Below are positions 1 through 9,981 of a DNA stretch of 64,000 bases, one piece after another. A model generated the notes under the pieces. That model ran no database searches. It saw only the letters and a list, made by a program, of their open reading frames with translations, and had not been told where the DNA came from. A program made the position numbers and the translations under genes. Every line of letters begins with the position of its first letter. The stretch's first letter is position 1. Source of the DNA: an uncultured Gammaproteobacteria bacterium (GTDB lineage Bacteria; Pseudomonadota; Gammaproteobacteria; Steroidobacterales; Woeseiaceae). The DNA lies in the NCBI GenBank assembly GCA_913063505.1, contig CAJXYT010000001.1, forward strand, positions 7,345 to 71,344. Direction: 5' to 3'.

Positions 1-101
1 CGAGCTTGTGCAGAATAGGCAATTATTTTTTCGGTATTACCGGCTATATCACCGACCGCTAGGTTAACCTGAGCCAACGCGACTTTGACATTGTGGTCCA
101 T
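1..101 (-). CDS. nadE: Glutamine-dependent NAD+ synthetase, N-terminal fragment (continues beyond window start)
   Basis: Minus-strand ATG at 101-99 opens MDHNVKVALAQVNLAVGDIAGNTEKIIAYSAQA. This matches the start of the CN-hydrolase (glutaminase) domain of NadE (ALAQxNxxVGDxxGN). It is absent from the ORF track because it is truncated by the window edge. Confidence 0.6.
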   Translation of the reverse strand, partial: MDHNVKVALAQVNLAVGDIAGNTEKIIAYSAQA

Positions 102-124
102 ACTTAACTCCGGAACACCAAGAC

Positions 125-997
125 TTACGAGTTAATAACTTCCAGCATTTTCGAGCCAAGTTCTGCCGGTGATCGAACCGTTGCAACGCCAGCAGCATCC
201 AACGCCTTGAATTTATCCTCGGCGGTGCCCTTGCCGCCAGCAATAATTGCACCGGCATGTCCCATACGTTTTCCTGTGGGCGCCGTTACACCGGCGATAT
301 AAGCAACAACAGGCTTGGTAACATTACTCTGGATGAATTCAGCAGCGGCCTCTTCGTCCGTTCCGCCGATTTCGCCGACCATGATTATACCGTCAGTATC
401 CGGATCATCCTGAAATAACTCTAGACAATCGATGAAATTCATACCGCGCACCGGGTCGCCGCCAATACCGATGCAAGTGCTCTGCCCCAGACCGTTCGTT
501 GTCGTCTGATACACCGCCTCGTAGGTCAGTGTACCCGACCGGGACACGACGCCGATGCGCCCTTTTTGATGGATGAATGCTGGCATGATACCGATCTTAC
601 ATTCGTCCGGCGTAATGATGCCTGGACAGTTCGGTCCAATCAGGCGGCAGTTATTGTCACGTAATGACGATTTCACCTTGACCATGTCGTTAACGGGAAT
701 ACCTTCAGTAATGCATACGATCAACGCGATGCCCGAGTCGGCCGCTTCGAGAATCGCATCCGCCGCAAACGATGGCGGCACATAAATCATACTGACGTCC
801 GCGCCTGTTTCCTGAACAGCCTCTTGCATCGTGTTGTAGACGGGAACACCAAGATGCTCGGAGCCACCGCGACCTGGTGTGACACCGCCAACAACCTTGG
901 TGCCGTAGGAGATGCACTGTTCGGTATGAAATGAACCTTGATTGCCGGTGATGCCCTGGCAAAGAATCTTGCTGTCTTTATTAACCAAAATACTCAT
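125..997 (-). CDS. sucD: Succinyl-CoA ligase alpha subunit
   Basis: 290-aa ORF with [10 protein letters not shown] and the GHAGAII phosphohistidine loop. It lies immediately downstream of sucC. Confidence 0.97.
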   Translation of the reverse strand: MSILVNKDSKILCQGITGNQGSFHTEQCISYGTKVVGGVTPGRGGSEHLGVPVYNTMQEAVQETGADVSMIYVPPSFAADAILEAADSGIALIVCITEGIPVNDMVKVKSSLRDNNCRLIGPNCPGIITPDECKIGIMPAFIHQKGRIGVVSRSGTLTYEAVYQTTTNGLGQSTCIGIGGDPVRGMNFIDCLELFQDDPDTDGIIMVGEIGGTDEEAAAEFIQSNVTKPVVAYIAGVTAPTGKRMGHAGAIIAGGKGTAEDKFKALDAAGVATVRSPAELGSKMLEVINS

Positions 998-1011
998 TAA
1001 ATTCTTCTCTA

Positions 1012-2172
1012 TCAGGCTGCCGAGGCAACTACCTTGAGTGCTGCGTCAGTAAGGTCATCGGCCGCAATGATGTCGAGTCCGCTATTTGCCAGAAGGTCGC
1101 GGCCTTTTGTTACGTTTGTGCCCTCCAGTCGTACAACGACCGGAACACTGACACCGACTTCTTTGACCGCGCTGATAATTCCCTCTGCAATCAGGTCACA
1201 ACGCACGATGCCACCAAAAATATTAACTAAAATTGCAGCAACATTTTCGTTGGAGAGGATGAGCTTGAATGCTGCTGAGACACGTTCGGCCGTTGCGCCA
1301 CCGCCGACGTCCAGGAAGTTCGCCGGATCACCGCCGTGCAACTTGATGAGATCCATTGTCGCCATCGCGAGTCCAGCACCGTTAACCATGCAGGCAATAT
1401 TGCCGTCAAGCGAGACGTAGTTCAGATCATGTTCCGCTGCTTCTCGTTCCACCTCATCTTCCTGACTCGGATCTCGAAGTTTAGCGATTTCTTTTTGTCG
1501 AAATAGAGCACTAGCGTCGACGTTGATTTTTCCATCAAGCACAATGACATCGCCCGCCGTATTGGTGATCAGAGGATTCACCTCGATCAAACTGGCATCC
1601 GTATCGACATACAACTGGTACAGCTTCTTGACGAGATCGCCGAATTGCCGCATTTGCTTCTTATCGAGTCCGAGACCGAAGGCCAGTTGACGCACCTGAT
1701 AGTCCTGTAAGCCAGCATCCGGCGCGATCGCGATCGCAAAAATCTTCTCGGGCGTTTCTGCAGCCACCTTCTCGATATCCATGCCACCCGCAGCCGACGC
1801 TATAAAGGAGATGCGGCTGACCTCGCGATCGACCAGCATGCTCAGATACAGCTCGCGATCAATCTCTGAGCCTTCTTCAACGTAAACTATGTTGACCGGC
1901 AGACCCTCCGGTCCTGTTTGATAAGTGACCAGTGTCATTCCCAGCATTTCATCCGCGTATTCGCGAACCTCATCAAGCGTACGGGCGAGTTTGACGCCGC
2001 CCGCTTTGCCACGACCACCAGTATGGGCTTGAGCCTTTACAACCCAGAATTTGCCACCGAGTTCCTCGGCCGCCTTGACGGCTGCATCCGCAGAGTCGGC
2101 GGGAATGCCTCGCGGGACGGTTATACCGTAGTCCCTGAACAAGATTTTTGACTGATATTCGTGAAGATTCAT
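1012..2172 (-). CDS. sucC: Succinyl-CoA ligase beta subunit
   Basis: 386-aa ORF starting MNLHEYQSK, a typical ATP-grasp SucC N-terminus, paired with sucD. Confidence 0.97.
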   Translation of the reverse strand: MNLHEYQSKILFRDYGITVPRGIPADSADAAVKAAEELGGKFWVVKAQAHTGGRGKAGGVKLARTLDEVREYADEMLGMTLVTYQTGPEGLPVNIVYVEEGSEIDRELYLSMLVDREVSRISFIASAAGGMDIEKVAAETPEKIFAIAIAPDAGLQDYQVRQLAFGLGLDKKQMRQFGDLVKKLYQLYVDTDASLIEVNPLITNTAGDVIVLDGKINVDASALFRQKEIAKLRDPSQEDEVEREAAEHDLNYVSLDGNIACMVNGAGLAMATMDLIKLHGGDPANFLDVGGGATAERVSAAFKLILSNENVAAILVNIFGGIVRCDLIAEGIISAVKEVGVSVPVVVRLEGTNVTKGRDLLANSGLDIIAADDLTDAALKVVASAA

Positions 2173-2621
2173 TGGATTTCTTGTGTTGACGTAGAGGATT
2201 TCGCGATAGCGGCGAAAAAGACGGCGTATTTTGTAGGTTTGCGGGACCCATGTCCATATTCAGTCTACAATTCGCAGATGAATCAGGCATAAACTGAGCC
2301 CCCCTGAAATGGACTTTCCGCGGCAGTTGGAGCGCCCTGATACAAAAGACAATTGAAGAACCGTATCTGACCTGGCGTGTTCTGGCGGCACTGAACGTGT
2401 TTCGCCTTGTTAATTTGCATCGCCTTGCTTAGTCCATTCTTCGCGAAATCCTGCCCTCATTTCTTCGGCTATACGAATCCTGTACCTTATATCACTACTG
2501 CCATAGACTATTTTGCTATCGCATTGGGCACACAGCTATTGACACGTCGCTTGCTTGATATCTCATAAAGACCATTGCGCCGTATATTTTTAAACATTTT
2601 CAAATGCATGGAGAAAACGAG

Positions 2622-3053
2622 ATGAAGAAACAACCAGGCTTTACACTTATCGAACTGATAATCGTTGTAGCGATCATTGGCATTATGACTGCGATCGCTA
2701 TTCCTGCTTACCAGGACTACACGATCCGCGCACAGGTTGCTGAAGGCTTGACGCTTTCTGGCGCTGCGAAGGCTGCTACAGCTGAATTTCGCATGGATTC
2801 TGGCAACTGGCCTGCTGACAACGCTACTGCAGGGCTGTCTTTATCTGCCTCAATCACTGGCAAGTACACTACGGGCGTAACAGTCGGTGGTGGCGGCCTG
2901 ATAACCATTACGTACGGTGGTGATGCCAACGCTACATACCTCAGCGGCAATACAGTTACGATGCAGGCAACTGACAATCAAGGCTCTATTTCCTGGGTTT
3001 GCGCCAGTGCCTCTATAGCTAGCAAGCGCCTTCCGGCCGCATGTCGCCCGTAA
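2622..3053 (+). CDS. pilA: Type IVa pilin (major pilin-like), copy 1
   Basis: Class III signal [21 protein letters not shown] with Glu5, and a C-terminal Cys...Cys disulfide loop (WVCAS...AACRP). GGAG lies 8 nt upstream of the ATG at 2622. The ORF-track start at 2604 is probably too early. Confidence 0.9.
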   Translation: MKKQPGFTLIELIIVVAIIGIMTAIAIPAYQDYTIRAQVAEGLTLSGAAKAATAEFRMDSGNWPADNATAGLSLSASITGKYTTGVTVGGGGLITITYGGDANATYLSGNTVTMQATDNQGSISWVCASASIASKRLPAACRP

Positions 3054-3101
3054 CAGGGTTATCTGACACAATCTTTCTTACTATGTCAGTCATGTCAGTT
3101 G

Positions 3102-3130
3102 AAAAAACCCCGATTTGCTGGGGTTTTTTT
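3102..3130 (+). terminator. Rho-independent terminator after pilin 1
   Basis: AAAAAACCCC-gatttgct-GGGGTTTTTTT: a GC stem followed by a T7 run, 49 nt after the pilin stop. Confidence 0.8.
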
Positions 3131-3230
3131 GGATTTCTTCACTATCAATTTGATGGCTCATGCGAACCAGTATCTCGATGCCATGCCTTAAATAAGTTAG
3201 AGTTATTGCTGATTCCAGAGTTTCCTCAGC

Positions 3231-3725
3231 ATGAGTAAAATAAGACAAAATGATGGGTTTACACTCATTGAATTGATGATCGTTGTGGCGGTTATAGGGA
3301 TTCTCGCGTCTCTGGCTGTTTCTGCATATCAGACCTACACCATTCGGGCGCAAGTAGTAGAGGCTATCGATATGGGTACCGAGGCGAAATCGCCGGTCGT
3401 CAGCGCGTACAACCAGGACGGCGTACCTCCCACAGACAGAGTGGCTGCCGGTATGTCAGCCGTTGCAACGGACTCACGCGGCTTGTACGTGTCGCAAGTT
3501 GAAGTTAACGATGGCCGGATCGACGTGATGATGGGTAGCCGTGCGCATGCCGATGTTTTCGGCGACGTAGTATCATTCACACCATACTTAACCCCTTCTG
3601 GCGGCGTCGCGTGGCGTTGTGGCGCAGCCAGTCAACCGGGTGGTGGGTCCGTTATAATGCCCGGCACTGCTTATGTACCAACCACGGTCCTGACAAGATA
3701 TCTTCCCGCGATCTGTCGGAATTAG
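3231..3725 (+). CDS. Type IVa pilin, copy 2 (divergent, longer leader)
   Basis: MSKIRQNDG/FTLIELMIVVAVIGILA prepilin signal with Glu5. The C-terminal pair of Cys (WRCGAAS...PAICRN) is present. The globular domain is unrelated in sequence to copy 1. Confidence 0.88.
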   Translation: MSKIRQNDGFTLIELMIVVAVIGILASLAVSAYQTYTIRAQVVEAIDMGTEAKSPVVSAYNQDGVPPTDRVAAGMSAVATDSRGLYVSQVEVNDGRIDVMMGSRAHADVFGDVVSFTPYLTPSGGVAWRCGAASQPGGGSVIMPGTAYVPTTVLTRYLPAICRN

Positions 3726-3890
3726 ATAAAGATCGCCGAAATCTGGCGTTTTACTTAATCAAATTCCGTAACTGTGAAAAATCGCACAAAATCCAGTTGA
3801 ATCGGGCATTTGGATCAGTGAGACTGTAATACTTACAGTAACGCAACAACGCTGACCTTATGGCAGCAACAGCATCACAGACTAATCTTG

Positions 3891-3986
3891 CTTGAGCCGA
3901 TAATCATAGCAATCCTTGGTGTTCTGGTCGGTGACTTCGTTGTCGCGATGTATCTCCCGATCTTCAAACTTGGTGCGGTCGTATAA
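3891..3986 (+). pseudogene. pilC: pilC (type IV pilus platform protein) 3'-terminal remnant, about 32 codons
   Basis: Translation is LEPIIIAILGVLVGDFVVAMYLPIFKLGAVV*, the conserved extreme C-terminus of PilC/GspF proteins. An in-frame stop sits at 3828-3830 and there is no PilC-like sequence upstream of about 3888. No ORF of 60 aa or more lies on the + strand between 3725 and 4081. Confidence 0.75.
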
Positions 3987-4016
3987 AAACAGCGCTGGTA
4001 TATTTGCATGCATACA

Positions 4017-4047
4017 GTGTTCGGATGACACTCCGAACACCGTTTTT
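4017..4047 (+). terminator. Hairpin plus T-tract downstream of the pilC stub
   Basis: GTGTTCGG-atgacact-CCGAACAC followed by CGTTTTT: a perfect 8-bp stem. Confidence 0.55.
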
Positions 4048-4080
4048 GCATCCGGTCTGCTCAGCTAATGGAGGTTAAGA

Positions 4081-5031
4081 ATGCTTGAACTAATGAGCGA
4101 ATCTGCGCCGGTATTTATTGCTGTCGTTTTCGCATTCGCATTGTTGATCGGCAGTTTTCTGAATGTCATTATCCATCGCCTACCTATTATGATGGAGCGT
4201 GAATGGCGCGACCAGGCGGCCGAGCAGAAGCTAAAAGAACTACGGACTACAGGCCGCTGCCAGAGAAAATTGGAAGTCGTTCATCTCCGTAATCTTGATC
4301 CGGCGACTGCTCGTAGCCTCGAGGGGCGTTTTGATTTAACTGTGCCGCGCTCACGCTGCCCCTCCTGCGGAAAATTAATTACGGCCCTGCAAAATATTCC
4401 TGTTATTAGCTATTTATTCCTGAAAGGTCGCTGCGCGAATTGTAAAACACCGATATCCGCCCGTTATCCACTAGTCGAACTGATCACTGCGTCTTTGGCG
4501 GCTATTACTGCGTGGCATTTTGGAGCTGGCATCGAAGCATTGATGGCGATCGCGTTAGCCGTAACATTGATTGCGATAGCGATGATCGATGCGGACACTC
4601 AATTGATCCCAGATTCAATCGTACTGCCCCTGATGTGGGTTGGGCTCAGCATGAGTCTGCTTCATCCCTTGTCAGATACCGGCACGCTGTTTATTAACCC
4701 ATCAGACGCCATCATTGGAGCACTCGCAGGTTATTTAAGCTTGTGGAGCGTCTTCTGGCTCTTCAAGCTCATAACGGGGAAAGACGGCATAGGCTACGGC
4801 GACTTCAAGTTATTGGCGGCCCTCGGTGCTTGGCTCGGATGGCAGCAACTACCGATCATCATTATGATGTCTGCTGTTGTCGGTATAGTAATCAACGTCA
4901 CCCTGATCGTATTCCAAGGCAAAGATCGAAGTGCTCCAGTTCCCTTCGGTCCTTATATAGCGGCAGCTGGCTGGATCGCGATGCTTTGGGGTGAGACGAT
5001 AAGAAACACCTACATTGATCTGATGTTCTGA
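4081..5031 (+). CDS. pilD: Prepilin peptidase / N-methyltransferase
   Basis: 316-aa polytopic membrane ORF with CPSCG...CANCK zinc-cysteine motifs and the GYGDFKLLAALGAWLG aspartyl-peptidase motif. GGAGG RBS. Followed by coaE, as in the canonical pilD-coaE arrangement. Confidence 0.95.
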   Translation: MLELMSESAPVFIAVVFAFALLIGSFLNVIIHRLPIMMEREWRDQAAEQKLKELRTTGRCQRKLEVVHLRNLDPATARSLEGRFDLTVPRSRCPSCGKLITALQNIPVISYLFLKGRCANCKTPISARYPLVELITASLAAITAWHFGAGIEALMAIALAVTLIAIAMIDADTQLIPDSIVLPLMWVGLSMSLLHPLSDTGTLFINPSDAIIGALAGYLSLWSVFWLFKLITGKDGIGYGDFKLLAALGAWLGWQQLPIIIMMSAVVGIVINVTLIVFQGKDRSAPVPFGPYIAAAGWIAMLWGETIRNTYIDLMF

Positions 5032-5652
5032 GTGACTAACAAAGAATCCAACATACCTTTTCGAATTGGGCTTACCGGTGGCGTAGCCAGCGGAAAATCG
5101 ACTGTCGCTGACCAGTTCGCGGAGCTTGGTGTTCCGGTTATTGATACCGACATTATTGCCAGAGAGGTCGTTCAGAAAGGTCAACCGGCGCTTAAAGAAA
5201 TACGAGAGAAATTCGGTGATTCGTTTATAAGTGCCGACGGTCATCTCGATCGCGCTGCAATGAGAGCCGCCGTATTTTCCAATCAAGACGCTCGCCTCGA
5301 CCTCGAGGCAATTTTACACCCCAAGATTTCAATCGAAACAAAGTGCCGAGCAAATGACGCCGGCGGAAAATATCAGATAATTGTGGTGCCCTTATTAGTC
5401 GAGTCGGCGCTTAGAGACTTCGTCGACAGGATTCTGGTCGTGGACTGCAGCAAGGAAGTTCAGATCAAGCGGCTAATAAAACGCGATAATGAATCGGTAG
5501 CGCAGGCGCTGCGTATCATCGCGGCACAGGCCAGCCAGGAAAGCCGTCTGGAAATCGCCGATGACGTTATTCGCAATGACGAAGGAATCGACGCGACGCA
5601 GATTAAGGTTACTGAGCTACATCGACGCTATCGTCGCTTGGCATCGAATTGA
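5032..5652 (+). CDS. coaE: Dephospho-CoA kinase
   Basis: GTG start abutting the pilD stop. IGLTGGVASGKST P-loop. 206 aa. Confidence 0.93.
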   Translation: MTNKESNIPFRIGLTGGVASGKSTVADQFAELGVPVIDTDIIAREVVQKGQPALKEIREKFGDSFISADGHLDRAAMRAAVFSNQDARLDLEAILHPKISIETKCRANDAGGKYQIIVVPLLVESALRDFVDRILVVDCSKEVQIKRLIKRDNESVAQALRIIAAQASQESRLEIADDVIRNDEGIDATQIKVTELHRRYRRLASN

Positions 5653-5730
5653 TGCCTTCCCAAAAAAATCGACTTCGCCCTATAGCGTCAACTATTTGCT
5701 ACGGCCCACGGTCTAGAGCAAAATAGCCCG

Positions 5731-6531
5731 ATGGCTAAACCTGCTGGAAAAATCACTGCTCAGCCTGCCCCGGGCATCGCACACTATGAACAGCCGGTTT
5801 CCGAGCGTATGCGGACGTTTCTCAGGCTTGAGTTTCTGTATCATCCGATGCTCAAGAACAGTGAAAAAGATGATGACTGGGCAACCCGTGACACAATATC
5901 CACGCTGTTGGAAATTCAGGCCATTCTCCTGCGAGGTGATGTCCGAAGCGAGGTATTGAGCGAGTTGGACCATCAAATCAGTGCTTTCGAGCGATTTCAA
6001 GCCCATTCTGGCGTTGATGGTGGCCGCTTGGGAAATCTAATGGATAATTTATCCAAGACCCGCGAGCAGATCTCGCTTATCGGAACCGGCTTTCTACAGC
6101 CCCTAAAAGACAGCGATTTTCTAAATGCGATCAAGCATAGAAGCGCTATCCCGGGTGGCACCTGTGAATTCGACCTGCCGGAGTACAGCCATTGGTTGCG
6201 GCAACCCATAGCTCGACGACAGCAAGACCTCACCGAGTGGATACAAACCGTTAGAACGCTTTGTGATGGCGTTAGTGAAGTACTTTGGCTAATACGAGAA
6301 AGTGCGCAGCCAACGCACAGAAAGGCTATAAACGGCATGTACCAACACAATATGCAGAAAAACGGCAATTGCCGATTATTAAGGCTGAGTCTTGCTGAAG
6401 ATTCGCCACTGTTTCCGGAGATTAGCGGCAGTCAGCACCGTTTTACGGTTCGCTTCCTGGAGTGGTCAACCGTCGACAGTCGCGCCGTCCAGACCGGACA
6501 TGACGTGCCATTCCAGCTCTCAATTTGCTGA
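5731..6531 (+). CDS. zapD: Cell division protein ZapD
   Basis: YEQPVSERMRTFLRLEFLY resembles the ZapD (YacF) N-terminus (FEHPLNEKMRTWLRIEFL). It sits after coaE as in E. coli and Pseudomonas. The exact start is uncertain. Confidence 0.85.
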   Translation: MAKPAGKITAQPAPGIAHYEQPVSERMRTFLRLEFLYHPMLKNSEKDDDWATRDTISTLLEIQAILLRGDVRSEVLSELDHQISAFERFQAHSGVDGGRLGNLMDNLSKTREQISLIGTGFLQPLKDSDFLNAIKHRSAIPGGTCEFDLPEYSHWLRQPIARRQQDLTEWIQTVRTLCDGVSEVLWLIRESAQPTHRKAINGMYQHNMQKNGNCRLLRLSLAEDSPLFPEISGSQHRFTVRFLEWSTVDSRAVQTGHDVPFQLSIC

Positions 6532-6547
6532 GTTTTCCTGGCCCGAC

Positions 6548-6937
6548 CTAATGCCGCCGCAGTGCTTTCACCACGGGGGCATCAGCCGGCAATAATTCGT
6601 TTGCATCGAGCAGCTCCGTTGGCACCCAGCGCAACTCTTGTCCCTCTCGACCGACTGGGTCGCTGTTCCACTCACTAACAATAAAGAACTCGATAGTGAC
6701 GATTCTGTCCTCATATTCGTGTCGTAAATTCATGAACGAAGACGAAGTCGTAACTTCGATACCGAGTTCCTCCGCGAGTTCTCTCGACAGGGCTTTCTGA
6801 GCTGTCTCACCAGAGATGATTTTGCCCCCTGGAAATTCCCACAGGCCGTGAAACGGTCCGCCATCCAAACGCTCCGCGATCAAAATTCGACCTTGAGAAT
6901 CGCAGAGTATCCCGGCCGCAACGTCGAAGTGATTCAT
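6548..6937 (-). CDS. mutT: 8-oxo-dGTP diphosphatase (Nudix)
   Basis: Nudix box GGKIISGETAQKALSRELAEELGIE, immediately downstream of secA as in E. coli. The start is trimmed to MNHFDVAAGIL (M60 of the track ORF), because the longer ORF overlaps the secA 3' end. Confidence 0.88.
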   Translation of the reverse strand: MNHFDVAAGILCDSQGRILIAERLDGGPFHGLWEFPGGKIISGETAQKALSRELAEELGIEVTTSSSFMNLRHEYEDRIVTIEFFIVSEWNSDPVGREGQELRWVPTELLDANELLPADAPVVKALRRH

Positions 6938-6947
6938 GACGTTCGAA

Positions 6948-9824
6948 CTAAGCGTGCAGTTGGCCGCAGCACTGCTTGAATTTCTTACCCGAACCACATG
7001 GGCAAGCCTCATTGCGACCGACTTTTCGTCTATCGCGGACAAATGGCTCAGCCGGTGGCAGCCCTGCCGGTTGAGATGCTTTGCCATGCTCGTCCAACGC
7101 ACTCGACTCAGCATGCTGAAACTTCATTGAATCGGCTGACTGCTTGCGTTCCGCCATTTCATCGAGATCTTTTTCGCCCCGGATGCGGATACGGGAAAGA
7201 ATACTGATCGTGTCATGTTTGACCTGCTCGAGCATAGTGCCGAACATTTCGAATGCCTCCCGTTTGTACTCTTGTTTCGGATTCTTTTGTGCGTAGGAGC
7301 GCAATCCGATGCCCTGGCGCAGGTGATCCATGGAGGCCAGATGTTCTTTCCAATGATGGTCCAGCTGGTGCAGCATCACTTTCTTTTCAACGCTGCGCAT
7401 CAGATCTGCACCAATATCGCCAACCCTTTTTTCGTAGCTGTCCTGTGCCTCTTTGATACACTTTTCGACAATACCTTCGGCGCTAATGGTCTTATTATCT
7501 CGCGTCCAGCGAGCGACATCCGCTCTGACTCCATACTCGGACTCAAGCGCCTGAGTTAGGCCATCCGCATCCCACATTTCGTCTAGGCTTCCCGGTGGCA
7601 CGTATTGCTCAACCGTTATTCCCACGACTTCCTCAAGAATCGCTGCTACGGACTCTTCGACCTCCTCCGCATCCATTAGCTCAGCGCGCTGGTGATAGAC
7701 AACCTTGCGCTGATCGTTCGCCACATCGTCGTATTCGAGAAGGTTCTTTCGGATGTCGAAGTTATGCGCTTCAACTTTTCGTTGCGCACGTTCAATCTGG
7801 CGCGACAACAGCTTACTCTCTATCGCTTCACCTTCGCGCATACCAGCACGAGACAACAGGTTCTTAGTCCGTTCCGGATCCCCAAAAATACGCATCAATG
7901 TGTCTTCCATCGAGAGGTAAAATCTCGATGAGCCCGGGTCGCCTTGGCGTCCTGAGCGCCCTCTGAGCTGATTATCGATGCGCCTAGACTCATGGCGCTC
8001 TGTGCCAGTAATGTGCAAACCACCGGCCTCTAGAACCTGTTCATGGCGTTGCTTCCATTCACCTTCCACTACTACAGTATCGGCATCGTTGCCATATCGC
8101 TTTCGAGCGTCTTCCAGTGCGGCCTCAAGACTTCCGCCAAGTACAATATCGGTACCTCGACCTGCCATATTGGTCGCGATCGTAATCGCGCCAGGTCGAC
8201 CTGCGTTCTGTACTATTTGTGCCTCACGTTCGTGCTGCTTCGCGTTTAGGACGCTGTGCTTGATGCCCTTGCCCTTCAGCAAGGAAGACAGTAACTCTGA
8301 CGCCTCAATCGACGTGGTACCAACCAAAACAGGCTGGCCGCGTTCAGAGCAATCGACGACGTCTTCGATGATGGCCTCAAACTTATCTTTTTCGGTCAGG
8401 TATACGAGATCGGGTTGATCGTCGCGAATCATGTCTTTGTGCGTCGGAATAACGACAACTTCAAGTCCGTAGATTTGCTGGAACTCGAATGCCTCCGTAT
8501 CGGCGGTACCGGTCATGCCGGACAGATTATTGTATAGACGAAAATAATTCTGGAACGTGATCGCTGCAACCGTCTGGTTTTCTTGCTTAATTGAGACGCC
8601 TTCTTTCGCTTCGATAGCCTGATGCAGACCATCGCCCCAACGGCGACCCGGCATTGTCCGTCCTGTAAATTCGTCAACGATGACAACTTCACCATCTTTT
8701 ACGATGTACTCGACGTCACGCTGATACATGGCGTGAGCGCGCAGTGCCGAACCCAGGTGGTGTAGTAATTTAATATTGGCTGCGTCGTAAAGGCTTTCCC
8801 CTTCTGACAGTAAGCCGGTCTGGCTCATTAGGGCCTCAACTCGTGCGTGCCCCTCTTCGGTGATATGAGTTTGTTTTGCTTTTTCGTCGACAGTGTAGTC
8901 GCCGCGCTTTACGATTCTGCAGGCTGCAACCTTGCTTTCAATTGAAGTCATTACAAGGTCGGCGTCGCGTTGCTCGGCGATCTCGATCGCCTCATCAAGC
9001 GTTAATTCATCAGGCTCTTCGCCACTTATCGTGACCTTATTTCCAGGAATATCGTAGTTGCTGGGATCCTCAGTCTCTTCCTGCTTAATCAACTTCGGGA
9101 TCATCTTGTTAATCTTTGCGTACAGATCTGTGTTGGATTCTGTCGGACCAGAAATAATCAACGGCGTCCGAGCTTCGTCAATCAGGATTGAGTCAACCTC
9201 GTCGACGATCGCGAAATTTAGCCCGCGTTGGGTTTTGTCTGCAGTTGAGAATGCCAAGTTGTCTCGCAGGTAGTCGAAGCCAAGCTCATTGTTCGTCGCA
9301 TACGTAATATCCCTCTTATAAGCCTCGCGTTTTTCATCGGACGTTTGACCACCTTTTGATACACCGACAGTCAACCCCAGAAATTCGTAAATAGGGCGCA
9401 TCCAGTCTGCATCGCGTTGAGCAAGATATTCGTTGACCGTCACAATATGCACGCCGTCGCCACCGATCGCGTTGAGGTATGCCGGCAAAGTCGACATCAG
9501 CGTTTTACCCTCACCTGTGCGCATTTCGGCAATATTGCCGGCATGCAACACCATTCCACCGATTAGTTGAACATCGAATGGACGCATCTGCATTGTTCGC
9601 ATGGAGGCTTCACGAACAACAGCGAATGCCTCGGGCAATAATTGCTGCAATGTTTCGCCATCGCTGTATCGCTGCCGAAACTCCGCTGTCTTGGCTTGCA
9701 GCGCGTCATCACTAAGCGCTTTGAGTTCCTCTTCAAGCGCATTAATAGCGGCAACGGATTTCGCGTACTGACGCACCAGACGCTCATTTCGGCTGCCAAA
9801 TATGCGTGTCAGAAAATTGGCCAC
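6948..9824 (-). CDS. secA: Preprotein translocase ATPase SecA
   Basis: 958 aa, GTG start with AGGAG 6 nt upstream. MRTGEGKTL Walker A and a C-terminal Zn finger [14 protein letters not shown]. Confidence 0.98.
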   Translation of the reverse strand: MANFLTRIFGSRNERLVRQYAKSVAAINALEEELKALSDDALQAKTAEFRQRYSDGETLQQLLPEAFAVVREASMRTMQMRPFDVQLIGGMVLHAGNIAEMRTGEGKTLMSTLPAYLNAIGGDGVHIVTVNEYLAQRDADWMRPIYEFLGLTVGVSKGGQTSDEKREAYKRDITYATNNELGFDYLRDNLAFSTADKTQRGLNFAIVDEVDSILIDEARTPLIISGPTESNTDLYAKINKMIPKLIKQEETEDPSNYDIPGNKVTISGEEPDELTLDEAIEIAEQRDADLVMTSIESKVAACRIVKRGDYTVDEKAKQTHITEEGHARVEALMSQTGLLSEGESLYDAANIKLLHHLGSALRAHAMYQRDVEYIVKDGEVVIVDEFTGRTMPGRRWGDGLHQAIEAKEGVSIKQENQTVAAITFQNYFRLYNNLSGMTGTADTEAFEFQQIYGLEVVVIPTHKDMIRDDQPDLVYLTEKDKFEAIIEDVVDCSERGQPVLVGTTSIEASELLSSLLKGKGIKHSVLNAKQHEREAQIVQNAGRPGAITIATNMAGRGTDIVLGGSLEAALEDARKRYGNDADTVVVEGEWKQRHEQVLEAGGLHITGTERHESRRIDNQLRGRSGRQGDPGSSRFYLSMEDTLMRIFGDPERTKNLLSRAGMREGEAIESKLLSRQIERAQRKVEAHNFDIRKNLLEYDDVANDQRKVVYHQRAELMDAEEVEESVAAILEEVVGITVEQYVPPGSLDEMWDADGLTQALESEYGVRADVARWTRDNKTISAEGIVEKCIKEAQDSYEKRVGDIGADLMRSVEKKVMLHQLDHHWKEHLASMDHLRQGIGLRSYAQKNPKQEYKREAFEMFGTMLEQVKHDTISILSRIRIRGEKDLDEMAERKQSADSMKFQHAESSALDEHGKASQPAGLPPAEPFVRDRRKVGRNEACPCGSGKKFKQCCGQLHA

Positions 9825-9981
9825 AAAGGGCTCCTAATATCGGGTCATACAAAGGCCGCTATTCTAGAAGCGGAGAGACAAATATCCAAGCGATGTCGCG
9901 ATTTATGGGCGAATTAGCCGAACACAAGGAGCTACCCGATAATACGGATTCGCTCAGTAATGGCTGGGGTATGGGGCTGGC

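Noticed and set aside
2524-2545. A sigma-54-like sequence, TGGGCAC-acagcta-TTGAC, upstream of pilin 1. rpoN is in the window, and pilA is RpoN/PilR-dependent in several species.
   Set aside because: The GG to GC/TGC spacing is off by 2 nt from the strict TGGCAC-N5-TTGC geometry, and the -12 element is TTGA rather than TTGC. No better match exists upstream of either pilin.
3823-3839. The palindrome ACTGTAA-tac-TTACAGT resembles a LexA (SOS) box or a small hairpin.
   Set aside because: The CTG...CAG spacing is 9 nt, not the 10 nt required for gammaproteobacterial LexA boxes. As a hairpin it is AT-rich and lacks a T-tract. It sits in the deletion-scar region with no downstream gene to regulate.
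9825-9981. A possible secM-like regulatory leader ORF upstream of secA.
   Set aside because: Only a 4-codon ORF (MTRY*) precedes the secA RBS. No arrest-peptide-like sequence or ORF of useful length exists in the 157-bp spacer.
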